From NCBI GenBank assembly GCA_964016885.1, contig OZ024742.1, positions 241,242,001 through 241,306,000 of the forward strand: a stretch of DNA of 64,000 nucleotides, read 5' to 3'. Source of the DNA: Eledone cirrhosa. Lineage: Eukaryota. The first letter of the stretch is position 1, and each line of letters starts with the position of its first letter. Positions 13,174 through 25,879 of this stretch are shown one piece after another. The notes beneath the pieces were generated by a model, which searched no databases, was not told the origin of the DNA, and saw only the letters and a list, made by a program, of their open reading frames with translations. Made by a program: the position numbers and the translations under genes.

Positions 13174-16100
13174 AAAAAACTCGTTGATAACGTAAACTCC
13201 GTTCCACTTACTCTAGTAGGCTTTTATATTTATATGTGAGCTGATAGGGTACAGTCTAAGGATTTACAGAAACCCATGAAGCTAGATTTAACACCTTTCT
13301 AGTGGGTCCGGGTATGATTTTACATTCATTTAAATTATTGACGTATTGTTTTATTGATATTTTTTATCTGTTTGGCCCGAATCTTCCTTTATCGATTTTA
13401 AATCGTATGGTTGATTGTAGACTTGTTCTATATGTGACGGTATTTTAACGATAGTTATAGCTCTGATTCACCTGAATTATTGAGCCCTCTGCCGCTCATA
13501 TCGAATTTCGTTTATCGTGAACTCGTGCGCCGATTTTTCGATACTCGATCTTTCTAATATATTTAGCTCTGGACATAGCTATCCACCAGTTAATTTTATT
13601 GCTCATTTTTTGTCGATTCTATTGAGTGATGAATAGCTTTTGTTTTATTTTAACATGTCTATTGAGCACTCTAATTCGATATGTGTATTTCCACATTCAC
13701 TCGAATTGTTTTCGCGGATATAGGGGTCATCTCCCTTGTCTAATGCCATGTGCGTTTTTCACCGCTAGTTGACTCCTCTGCCGCCAGGAAAAAACTCGTT
13801 GATAACGTAAACTCCGTTCCACTTACTCTAGTAGGCTTTTATATTTATATGTGAGCTGATAGGGTACAGTCTAAGGATTTACAGAAACCCATGAAGCTAG
13901 ATTTAACACCTTTCTAGTGGGTCCGGGTATGATTTTACATTCATTTAAATTATTGACGTATTGTTTTATTGATATTTTTTATCTGTTTGGCCCGAATCTT
14001 CCTTTATCGATTTTAAATCGTATGGTTGATTGTAGACTTGTTCTATATGTGACGGTATTTTAACGATAGTTATAGCTCTGATTCACCTGAATTATTGAGC
14101 CCTCTGCCGCTCATATCGAATTTCGTTTATCGTGAACTCGTGCGCCGATTTTTCGATACTCGATCTTTCTAATATATTTAGCTCTGGACATAGCTATCCA
14201 CCAGTTAATTTTATTGCTCATTTTTTGTCGATTCTATTGAGTGATGAATAGCTTTTGTTTTATTTTAACATGTCTATTGAGCACTCTAATTCGATATGTG
14301 TATTTCCACATTCACTCGAATTGTTTTCGCGGATATAGGGGTCATCTCCCTTGTCTAATGCCATGTGCGTTTTTCACCGCTAGTTGACTCCTCTGCCGCC
14401 AGGAAAAAACTCGTTGATAACGTAAACTCCGTTCCACTTACTCTAGTAGGCTTTTATATTTATATGTGAGCTGATAGGGTACAGTCTAAGGATTTACAGA
14501 AACCCATGAAGCTAGATTTAACACCTTTCTAGTGGGTCCGGGTATGATTTTACATTCATTTAAATTATTGACGTATTGTTTTATTGATATTTTTTATCTG
14601 TTTGGCCCGAATCTTCCTTTATCGATTTTAAATCGTATGGTTGATTGTAGACTTGTTCTATATGTGACGGTATTTTAACGATAGTTATAGCTCTGATTCA
14701 CCTGAATTATTGAGCCCTCTGCCGCTCATATCGAATTTCGTTTATCGTGAACTCGTGCGCCGATTTTTCGATACTCGATCTTTCTAATATATTTAGCTCT
14801 GGACATAGCTATCCACCAGTTAATTTTATTGCTCATTTTTTGTCGATTCTATTGAGTGATGAATAGCTTTTGTTTTATTTTAACATGTCTATTGAGCACT
14901 CTAATTCGATATGTGTATTTCCACATTCACTCGAATTGTTTTCGCGGATATAGGGGTCATCTCCCTTGTCTAATGCCATGTGCGTTTTTCACCGCTAGTT
15001 GACTCCTCTGCCGCCAGGAAAAAACTCGTTGATAACGTAAACTCCGTTCCACTTACTCTAGTAGGCTTTTATATTTATATGTGAGCTGATAGGGTACAGT
15101 CTAAGGATTTACAGAAACCCATGAAGCTAGATTTAACACCTTTCTAGTGGGTCCGGGTATGATTTTACATTCATTTAAATTATTGACGTATTGTTTTATT
15201 GATATTTTTTATCTGTTTGGCCCGAATCTTCCTTTATCGATTTTAAATCGTATGGTTGATTGTAGACTTGTTCTATATGTGACGGTATTTTAACGATAGT
15301 TATAGCTCTGATTCACCTGAATTATTGAGCCCTCTGCCGTTCATATCGAATTTCGTTTATCGTGAACTCGTGCGCCGATTTTTCGATACTCGATCTTTCT
15401 AATATATTTAGCTCTGGACATAGCTATCCACCAGTTAATTTTATTGCTCATTTTTTGTCGATTCTATTGAGTGATGAATAGCTTTTGTTTTATTTTAACA
15501 TGTCTATTGAGCACTCTAATTCGATATGTGTATTTCCACATTCACTCGAATTGTTTTCGCGGATATAGGGGTCATCTCCCTTGTCTAATGCCATGTGCGT
15601 TTTTCACCGCTAGTTGACTCCTCTGCCGCCAGGAAAAAACTCGTTGATAACGTAAACTCCGTTCCACTTACTCTAGTAGGCTTTTATATTTATATGTGAG
15701 CTGATAGGGTACAGTCTAAGGATTTACAGAAACCCATGAAGCTAGATTTAACACCTTTCTAGTGGGTCCGGGTATGATTTTACATTCATTTAAATTATTG
15801 ACGTATTGTTTTATTGATATTTTTTATCTGTTTGGCCCGAATCTTCCTTTATCGATTTTAAATCGTATGGTTGATTGTAGACTTGTTCTATATGTGACGG
15901 TATTTTAACGATAGTTATAGCTCTGATTCACCTGAATTATTGAGCCCTCTGCCGCTCATATCGAATTTCGTTTATCGTGAACTCGTGCGCCGATTTTTCG
16001 ATACTCGATCTTTCTAATATATTTAGCTCTGGACATAGCTATCCACCAGTTAATTTTATTGCTCATTTTTTGTCGATTCTATTGAGTGATGAATAGCTTT

Positions 16101-18470
16101 TGTTTTATTTTAACATGTCTATTGAGCACTCTAATTCGATATGTGTATTTCCACATTCACTCGAATTGTTTTCGCGGATATAGGGGTCATCTCCCTTGTC
16201 TAATGCCATGTGCGTTTTTCACCGCTAGTTGACTCCTCTGCCGCCAGGAAAAAACTCGTTGATAACGTAAACTCCGTTCCACTTACTCTAGTAGGCTTTT
16301 ATATTTATATGTGAGCTGATAGGGTACAGTCTAAGGATTTACAGAAACCCATGAAGCTAGATTTAACACCTTTCTAGTGGGTCCGGGTATGATTTTACAT
16401 TCATTTAAATTATTGACGTATTGTTTTATTGATATTTTTTATCTGTTTGGCCCGAATCTTCCTTTATCGATTTTAAATCGTATGGTTGATTGTAGACTTG
16501 TTCTATATGTGACGGTATTTTAACGATAGTTATAGCTCTGATTCACCTGAATTATTGAGCCCTCTGCCGCTCATATCGAATTTCGTTTATCGTGAACTCG
16601 TGCGCCGATTTTTCGATACTCGATCTTTCTAATATATTTAGCTCTGGACATAGCTATCCACCAGTTAATTTTATTGCTCATTTTTTGTCGATTCTATTGA
16701 GTGATGAATAGCTTTTGTTTTATTTTAACATGTCTATTGAGCACTCTAATTCGATATGTGTATTTCCACATTCACTCGAATTGTTTTCGCGGATATAGGG
16801 GTCATCTCCCTTGTCTAATGCCATGTGCGTTTTTCACCGCTAGTTGACTCCTCTGCCGCCAGGAAAAAACTCGTTGATAACGTAAACTCCGTTCCACTTA
16901 CTCTAGTAGGCTTTTATATTTATATGTGAGCTGATAGGGTACAGTCTAAGGATTTACAGAAACCCATGAAGCTAGATTTAACACCTTTCTAGTGGGTCCG
17001 GGTATGATTTTACATTCATTTAAATTATTGACGTATTGTTTTATTGATATTTTTTATCTGTTTGGCCCGAATCTTCCTTTATCGATTTTAAATCGTATGG
17101 TTGATTGTAGACTTGTTCTATATGTGACGGTATTTTAACGATAGTTATAGCTCTGATTCACCTGAATTATTGAGCCCTCTGCCGCTCATATCGAATTTCG
17201 TTTATCGTGAACTCGTGCGCCGATTTTTCGATACTCGATCTTTCTAATATATTTAGCTCTGGACATAGCTATCCACCAGTTAATTTTATTGCTCATTTTT
17301 TGTCGATTCTATTGAGTGATGAATAGCTTTTGTTTTATTTTAACATGTCTATTGAGCACTCTAATTCGATATGTGTATTTCCACATTCACTCGAATTGTT
17401 TTCGCGGATATAGGGGTCATCTCCCTTGTCTAATGCCATGTGCGTTTTTCACCGCTAGTTGACTCCTCTGCCGCCAGGAAAAAACTCGTTGATAACGTAA
17501 ACTCCGTTCCACTTACTCTAGTAGGCTTTTATATTTATATGTGAGCTGATAGGGTACAGTCTAAGGATTTACAGAAACCCATGAAGCTAGATTTAACACC
17601 TTTCTAGTGGGTCCGGGTATGATTTTACATTCATTTAAATTATTGACGTATTGTTTTATTGATATTTTTTATCTGTTTGGCCCGAATCTTCCTTTATCGA
17701 TTTTAAATCGTATGGTTGATTGTAGACTTGTTCTATATGTGACGGTATTTTAACGATAGTTATAGCTCTGATTCACCTGAATTATTGAGCCCTCTGCCGC
17801 TCATATCGAATTTCGTTTATCGTGAACTCGTGCGCCGATTTTTCGATACTCGATCTTTCTAATATATTTAGCTCTGGACATAGCTATCCACCAGTTAATT
17901 TTATTGCTCATTTTTTGTCGATTCTATTGAGTGATGAATAGCTTTTGTTTTATTTTAACATGTCTATTGAGCACTCTAATTCGATATGTGTATTTCCACA
18001 TTCACTCGAATTGTTTTCGCGGATATAGGGGTCATCTCCCTTGTCTAATGCCATGTGCGTTTTTCACCGCTAGTTGACTCCTCTGCCGCCAGGAAAAAAC
18101 TCGTTGATAACGTAAACTCCGTTCCACTTACTCTAGTAGGCTTTTATATTTATATGTGAGCTGATAGGGTACAGTCTAAGGATTTACAGAAACCCATGAA
18201 GCTAGATTTAACACCTTTCTAGTGGGTCCGGGTATGATTTTACATTCATTTAAATTATTGACGTATTGTTTTATTGATATTTTTTATCTGTTTGGCCCGA
18301 ATCTTCCTTTATCGATTTTAAATCGTATGGTTGATTGTAGACTTGTTCTATATGTGACGGTATTTTAACGATAGTTATAGCTCTGATTCACCTGAATTAT
18401 TGAGCCCTCTGCCGCTCATATCGAATTTCGTTTATCGTGAACTCGTGCGCCGATTTTTCGATACTCGATC

Positions 18471-18482
<12 letters not shown>
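13174..18482 (+). repeat. 615-bp tandem array (~8.6 units), retrozyme-like
   Basis: Exact period of 615 (gttccactta at 13201, 13816, 14431...); only one substitution noticed (15340); no ORF of 60 aa or more; one hammerhead per unit; ends in (TA)n. Confidence 0.95.
13179..13313 (+). ncRNA. Large type I hammerhead ribozyme with U3-A8 core (repeated 9x at +615 intervals)
   Basis: actcg-TTGATAA-c-gtaaa(c)tcc...ggatttac-a-GAAA-ccca...ctaga/tctag...tggg-TC-cgggt. Predicted cleavage after GUC at 13308, 13923, 14538, 15153, 15768, 16383, 16998, 17613 and 18228. Confidence 0.8.
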
Positions 18483-18501
<19 letters not shown>

Positions 18502-19210
18502 GTCATTTTGGAAGTCTCAGCAATGCAGATGGGTAAATCTCCGGGTAACAGAATCAGGTTGTAATGAGAAAGAGATGTAAGAGGAAGCGTAGAAAGAGAC
18601 GTAGAGAGCGTAAAGGAACGTAGGAAAAGGGTTAAAAATAATTGTTTATACTTTTGGCACAAGGCCAGCAATTATTTCAGTGTATAACTTGTACTTTATT
18701 TTATCGACCCCCTAAGGATGAAAAGCAAAGTTAACCTCGGTGGGATTTGAACTCAGACCATAAAGGGCCTTAACTCTTTGTTGCAAAGCATGGCGTCCGA
18801 TCCTCTACCGATACTGCCAATCCACCGCCTTTGTAAAAAATAATAACACGAGATAGAGTTAGCTTGGAAGTGATTTAATAGTTCCTATATTTCGAATTTC
18901 GCATCAATCAACTGAGGGTTTTTCGAGTTGTACGCACACGGTAAACAGTGGAGGCCACGTGTTGTCCCTCTCCGATACAACTTTTCGCCTCGGAAAACCC
19001 CCAGTTGTTCGATGCGAAATCCGAAATATAGGGACTATTAAATCACTTCCAAGGTAACTCTATCTTGTGTTATTATTTTTTTACACTTTTCCTACGTTCC
19101 TTTACGCTCTCTAAATCTCTTTCTACGCTTCCCCTTACATCTCTCTCATTACCACCTGATTCTGTTACCCGGAGATTTACCCATCTGCATTGTTGAGGCT
19201 TCCAAATAAC
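18502..19210. repeat. Diverged inverted repeat (~230-bp arms); left arm interrupted by a SINE
   Basis: 18502-18642 plus 18836-18930 mirror 18990-19210; the right arm runs into the family B tail. Confidence 0.8.
18643..18833 (-). mobile_element. SINE S1
   Basis: Family sequence; flanked by aaaaataat direct repeats. Confidence 0.85.
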
Positions 19211-19379
19211 GTTTTTCGAAATATTTACTTCTGCGTTCACAGACTGATTTTTTTAGTTAAGGGTAAAAGCAACGATTCTTTGCTTAAACTTTAATGTTAA
19301 TTTAATATATATATTCGTGTACAGATATTTTTGCATACACAAAAACAAAAACCTATTTATCTCACGAAAGCACAGACAG

Positions 19380-19935
19380 CTTATCGTCATTGTTACTGTT
19401 AGAGGTTAGAGGACCACAGTCTTTCCAAGATCTGAGAACCATCAATGGCCATCAATGTTCCACTTTCTGTTTGGCTTGCCAGATGCGTGGTATGTTACAC
19501 AATGACAGCACCTCACCCTCCAAGAAGCAGCAGCTGCTAAAGTCCCTTCTCAGCTGCGAACACCTTTTGCTATTATGCTGCACAACTGCGATCTCGCCGA
19601 CCCTCTCGCACTATGGAACAACCACCGTGAAAGTCTAGCTGAGGACATCCTCCACCGCACTCACAGACACAATCCAAACGTAACATACCATTTGTCTTGA
19701 AAACAGTGTTCTGGAGATTGGTGGTAGGCCTCTAAGTCACTAAAGCTTACCTGCTCCTGACAGGAGTGTCCAGAGGTCAACGTCTAAAGAGCTTCTCCGC
19801 GAGACGAGCTACGAAATCAGTGATTCTCCCATGGTCAATTATATGTAGGATGCTCTAGGGTGAGCTCGCCAAACAATCTCTTCATCTTTGCTCAGGAGGG
19901 CTGAACAAAAAATATTGTATACTCTGAGGCTCTAA
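19380..19935 (+). pseudogene. Helitron RepHel fragment (internally deleted)
   Basis: LLLEVRGPQSFQDLRTING...ACQMRGML, then ...QLRTPFAIMLHNCDLADPLALWNNHRESLAEDIL, joined to the PIF1 C-terminal motif HGQLYVGCSRV...TKNIVYSEAL. Confidence 0.85.
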
Positions 19936-20015
19936 CAATGTAATTTAAATATTTTCTGTTACTTGGAATTTCCATTATGGGTGTACAAATTATTGTTTGT
20001 TATATATATATATGC

Positions 20016-20109
<94 letters not shown>

Positions 20110-20348
20110 ACACATACAACTCTCAAGTAAAAAGAGAAGTATCTTATACTTGGTACATAGCTTATCATACCTACACTCAACTAGGTATCGAGTATTTAGC
20201 TAAACAATGGTCTTACTAGCCTAAACTGGTAACTCCCATTCTATCTATATCTCTATCTTTCTATCTCTCTCTCTATCTATTTACCAATTTATCTCTTTCA
20301 CTCTCTCTGTCTTTCTCTATCTTTCTACCCCCTCTCTCTATATATATA

Positions 20349-20465
20349 GGGAAAGAGTCAGGATCCTGATTGTTCGGATCTAGCTGTCGAAACGACTTTT
20401 TTTCTATTACCCACTCTGCTGCTGTAAGTATTGCTTACTCTGATGCATTATGGTCCACCTGGGAC
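20349..20465 (+). mobile_element. Fold-back family C fragment
   Basis: Shares gatctagctgtcgaaacg...tattaccca...ttatggtccacctgg with 25878-26087, 44521-44716 and 57787-57937. Confidence 0.6.
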
Positions 20466-20539
20466 GGGCGGGATGGAATTGGAAAAAATGTCTTTAGATT
20501 CGCGCCTATCCCCTCAATCTATTTTATTTCTCATTCTTT

Positions 20540-20573
20540 CTTCTGATGAAGGACTAGCGTCCGAAACGTTAAG
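20540..20573 (+). ncRNA. Minimal hammerhead ribozyme
   Basis: ctt-CTGATGA-a-ggac(tagc)gtcc-GAAA-CG-TT-aag with palindromic ACGT helix III. Confidence 0.7.
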
Positions 20574-20829
20574 TCCCTCTTCCTGTTATATCAAACGTTA
20601 ACCTAATATATACCTTCCATATACTGTATAGATTGTGTTGTTATTTCTGTTTACCTTTTACATATATATATATATCACCGCTTACGTGGTCCTCTCAAAA
20701 TTCGGTGGATTTTCTGATTGGACTTTCACTTCGAAACTGGATACCAACCCGGAGTACACCTGAACTTCCACCAGGAAATCTTTCGTATCTTTGAAATTTT
20801 CTTTGCTTCTTATATATAAAATAATATAA

Positions 20830-23800
20830 TAATGAAATTATTGTGTAAAGTGCCCAGGTGCACTACAACTCGTCAAAGGTGTATGTATAGTACATAGAAT
20901 AATACACAAATGTCAGGGAAGTGAATAGTGTATGAGTCATGGTATACATGTGTGTATGTGTATGGAGGGGGAACATTAGCTGTAGTGTTGGCGGATCTCG
21001 GGAAGCATGGAGGCCTTAAAGGATGCAGTTCTCGACAGCTAACAACTGATGCAGGTAGTTTGTTCCATGCTTCAGCAACTCTGAGCGTGAAAAAATGTTT
21101 CCGAAAGTCATGGGAACTGTGCTGTTTTCTGACTTTGTGGGCATGTCCACGTGTGTTAGACACATGGAAATCAAAAAGTTACTCAGGGTTGTTGTTGGCA
21201 AGATGGTTAACAATTTTGTGGGTATTTACCAAGTCAGTTGCCAGGCGTCGGGGCTTCAATGTATCCATGCCCAGAGAAGCAAGGCGCTCAGAATATGGTA
21301 GATGCCTGATGGAGGGTATTCGCTTGGTTGCACGTCTCTGAACAGTTTCCAGGCGGTCAATGTTCTGAGCAAGATAGGGGTTCCAGACTGGTGATGCAAA
21401 TTCTAAGTGTGGCCGCACCATAGCCATGTACAGCCTTAAATAGATATCTGGAGAGCGGCTGACAAAGGTCTTGCTGAGTGATGCTAAGACACCCTCGGCC
21501 CTCTTGACAATTTTAGAGACGTGCTTCGTCCAACGCAAATCGCTGCTGACCGTAATGCCCAGGTCACGTTCACAAGAAGACTTCTTGATATTAGTGCTGT
21601 GGAGGGAGTATGTGGCCGCTGGGTTTTTACTCCCAAAATGCATGGTGGTGCACTTGTCCACAGCCAGCTTGAGTTGCCAGTCTGAGATCCATTGTTGCAT
21701 AGTGTCCAGGTCAGACTGCAAGCAAGATCTATAGTGTTCAGGATCCGTCCTTTTTATCTCAAGGTACAGCTTGATGTCATCTGCGTACTTTAGTACCGTG
21801 GCATCTATGTCATTAATATATGCCACAAACAAAAGGGGGCCAAGAACAGATCCCTGTGGTACACCAGATGACATCTCATATGGTGAGGAATGCTGTCCCA
21901 GAACCGTGATTACCTCTCTTCGAATGAGAATGAAGGACTTCAATCAGTTAAAAAGATCATCTTTCACACCCATTGCAGAGAGTTTTGCCATAAGCCTTTT
22001 GTGTGGCACAGAATTGAAGGCTTTCGCAAAGTCAAGGTAAACAACATCCACCCATGAGCCGCCATCAGTGATCCGGGTGATGTCCTCAAGAAACTCTATA
22101 AGTTGATCACAGCAGCTGGAGTTGGGATACATCCAAATTGCGAGGGCTGGATAAGACTGTGAGAGCTCCAGAAGTTCCAAAGTGTTTCTCTGACACAGGA
22201 TTCCATCAGTTTGTCGATGCAACTAGTAAGACTGACTGGACGATAGTTCACAGGTGATGTGCGGTCAGCCTTTTTGAACAGAGGAATGACACTGGCAGTT
22301 TTCCACTGTTCTGGAGTAGCACCGTTGTTCAGTCAGAATTGGAAGAAGCGTGATAACTGGTGCAGAAGGAAGTACCCACCACGTTTAAGAAGCAGGTACG
22401 TAGCACCATCAAGACCAGGAGAGGCATGGTTGCGTTTATTTTTTAGGTGACGTCGCAGCATTGCAGGTGTAAATTCCATGGTTGTAATAGAGTCCGGTGT
22501 CATAGGTGGTGGAGATGGTACACTCTGGTCTTCAATAGTGAAAATGCCTGCATAGCATTCAGCAATGAGCTCTGCGCATTCCTTAGGGTCGTCAGTAACC
22601 TGGCTTGTGTGGGGATTGCGAAGAGGACCAACTGGAGAGTGGGGCCGCTGCTTTGAGTGAACATACTTCCAGAAGACCTTACTGTCAGAGTTGGTTGCTA
22701 TGCGCTGCTCAAATTGAAGCACTGCCTTTTTTGTCCTGTTTGAGGTGGTTGGACGATCTATTTCGCCTCTTCCTATTAATGTCTGATTTGTGAAGTTTGT
22801 ACTCACGTTCAGCATTGCACCGTTCTTTTCTGGCAAGACGGACTGCTGCAGTCTCCCAAATTGCACTTTTGGGATGTTTTTTCCGCTTACGTGGCACCGA
22901 TGCTGCACATGCTGCCCATATTGAGCTCAGGATGTTCTGGAGTACAGTGTTGACATCTCCAGAGTCGTAGAACTCAAGCCAGTTTGACCGTTGCAACTCG
23001 GTGCAGTAACAGTTCCAGTCTGCTTTATTCCAGTCAAAGTGAGCAGTTTGGAGATGGTTGTGGTTCTTGTTACTGCCCATGAGGGATAGATTGGCAATGA
23101 TCATAGCATGATCAGAGTCACCTAAAGGTTCCTCAGCAGTAACACTAATTACCGTTTCAGGAGTAGTGGTGAAGAGTAGGTCCAAAGTGTTGTCACTTCT
23201 CGTTGGGGAGGTGACCACCTGGGACCAACTCGAGTCTAGCACTAGCTCAGGGAAGTCATTTGCACTAGGCGGCCAACGAAAGGTTTCCCAGTCAATCTCA
23301 GGGTGATTGAAGTCACCTGCAATGAAAACATAAGTGGCTGTCTTCCTGGCAGCAGCTCTGAGGATATCACAAAGTTGAGTGTCCTGATGGTAATTTGGGG
23401 GACGGTAAACGACTCCAAGTAGCAGTGTTGACATGGTCATACGTATATCGCAGAAAAAACTTCCTGCTGTGATTGGTTCAAATCAGCACAAGGAATTGCC
23501 GACAGATTTGACCGAACGTAGACCATTACACTACCACCAGGACGATTAATGAAGTCTTTACGAAACAGGTTGTAGCCAGTCATGCTGAAAACCCCATCAC
23601 AGAGTAAGGGATGTGCCCAAGTTTCCGTGACTGTAATGAAGTCAGGGTTGATACTTTTGACGTAGGAGTCAAAATGATGAATCTTATTGCATAGACTATG
23701 TGCATTCAAGGACAACAATTTGTACCTTGATTCCAGTCTATGATTATGTGCAGGGAATGGCAGGTTTTTCTAATTTAGTTTCCCAGAGTTTTTTCAGTTT

Positions 23801-25190
23801 CTTTATTGTCAGTTATTGTGGGTACAGTGTTTTCAGACCAGCTGGTGTCTCTTTTCCATCTTTCGCCAGCCTTAACAAACTTCCATATCTGCCCATCATC
23901 TCGTAGGCTGAAGCTTTCATGTTCTGCCGAGCTGCGGTTTAAGGAAGCTGCAGCACGCAACTTTGAGCGGACATCAGGTGGAAGACCAGGGCGTGTTCGG
24001 AAAGCAATCCGACTTTCATGCCTAGCTTTATCAGAGGCTACTAGGTATGAACGTGCCTCAGTTGAGTTTGAAAACGACAGTCTAATTAGCCTGGGTTTCG
24101 GGCCTGGTCGGCCAAGGCGTAGAGCACCCTTTGCGGGAGCACAGCTCAAGTCTTTGGATGAACTGGCAGCAAATGCCTGAAGATCAACTATGTCTTCTGG
24201 TACACCAATGGCAACCACTTCGTGGTTTGCAGATTCAGTGGCATTCTCAATGCGTCTAGGTTCAACATGAGGTACGCGGAGATTTTTTAACAAGGCACTC
24301 CGGTAAGATCCCTCATTGTGGGGTTCTACACGAACGCTTGATTTTATTCCCGCTATTTCTCGGCTTAAATCGGAAATCATTTGCCGTATTTCCTCAAACT
24401 CCGTATTGACGGTCGGTTTTTGTTGTTCTTCTCCTTCAACAGGCATGGTAGGAGAAGACACAGTCGTCGGTTGTTGTTGTTGAAAAGTAACGGGTGAGGA
24501 AGACATGGGTTGCTGTTGTTGATGAAGCCCTTCAACGGGGGTAGTAGCAGAAGCTACGGTCGTTGGTTTTTACTGTTGTTCAGGAACAATGGTAGAGGAA
24601 GAAACGATCCTCGGTTTTTGTTGTTATTCGGGAACAATGGTAGAAGAAGACACGATCTTCTGTTTTTGTTGTTGTTGTTGTTTCGCAGCAATGGGATAGG
24701 CAGGCATACAGTCCAGGCACTGAAAGGATCAATTTGTTAGCTGGACTACTGCCAGAGTCTATCCATCGTAGCAATATGATGTTTCTTGTTTGGGCCTGGG
24801 ATCTTCTGGAAGCCTGCGGTGTATTGAAGGCAGACAGAGATGTGACAGGTTCCACATTCGACCCAGCGATTACGGGACGATTTTTCGGGTTCCGTACAGA
24901 TATGGCAGATGTGATCTTCTGGGCAATGTTCTATTTTGGAACATCGACCAGTTTTGTCGCATACTTCATCGATGGATATCACTATGGCAATTTTGTTATT
25001 TCTACCCATCCGTAGAAAAACACAGAATGTAAACAATATAGGTTTAGCGCACTTGATTACGATAGAAATAAAATGTCTTGGTTTTTTTTTTTTGGTTTTT
25101 TTTTGTGTATATTGTTTCCGATTTCCTAAATGTTGTGTGCGTGTGTGTACAGAAGAGTCTGCGGATGAAACAAATAAATATGCTGCGTAA
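20830..25190 (-). mobile_element. Full-length but disrupted CR1-clade LINE (ORF1 with PHD finger; ORF2 APE + RT)
   Basis: ORF1 pieces at 24746-25036 (CHIC...WVECGTCH) and 23775-24506. APE motifs LNAHSL, VTETW, GDFN, SDH. RT motifs YRPVSL, LDFAKAF, GVPQGSVLGPLLF, YADD. C-terminus TRGH...FFTLRVAEAWNKLP. Confidence 0.92.
20980..23718 (-). pseudogene. CR1 ORF2 (endonuclease-reverse transcriptase), frameshifted and with deletions
   Basis: Split over ORFs 23437-23718, 22709-23440, 22333-22908, 21944-22222, 21179-21943 and 20873-21163. Confidence 0.9.
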
Positions 25191-25352
25191 GTTAAATGAA
25201 ACGTAATGTAGAAGGCAACAGTTTATTAACAGCGAAATAACGTTTTTTCCTGATACTGCTTCTTTATAATAAACTGTCAACAATATTTTTCAAATTATTA
25301 ACTTTCAGCTGCTAGTATATATATATAATTAATATATATCTATATATCTATA

Positions 25353-25354
<2 letters not shown>

Positions 25355-25437
<83 letters not shown>

Positions 25438-25460
25438 ATGTGCGTATGTGTGTGTGTATA
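25355..25460. repeat. (TG)n microsatellite
   Basis: Directly visible. Confidence 0.95.
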
Positions 25461-25694
25461 TACATTCTCCTTGAAAATAACTTTTTCATGTACTATATAT
25501 ATAGTCTTCAAAAAAATTATTTTTTAAGTAGTTTGAAATGACTCAATACTTGAATTTATAATGTGTATTTATATTGTGATGTTTCCCTCCATATATGTAC
25601 AAGTGTTTTCGTACAATGTCATTGTTTTAAATATCTGACTTTGAGAAAATTAATGCTTTGAAACCTTTTAAGAATGCCAGTAAATATTACATAA

Positions 25695-25734
<40 letters not shown>

Positions 25735-25830
25735 TAATAATATTATTTATACTTATATATGAGAATATATGAGTTATATATAATTATAAATATGAAAGGG
25801 TAGTATTAAGCAGTACCCTTATAATATATA

Positions 25831-25877
<47 letters not shown>

Positions 25878-25879
<2 letters not shown>

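Noticed and set aside
13241-13280. CTGATAG...GAAAC as the array's hammerhead core
   Set aside because: Positions 8/9 are wrong and there is no matching helix I; the upstream TTGATAA gives a fully paired fold.
13765-13795. HDV-like or twister ribozyme at gttgactcctctgcc
   Set aside because: Could not build the required pseudoknot pairings by eye.
13174-18482. Array as a CRISPR, rDNA/5S, snRNA, tRNA or histone cluster
   Set aside because: No variable spacers, no recognisable RNA-gene or histone sequence, and no ORF of 60 aa or more.
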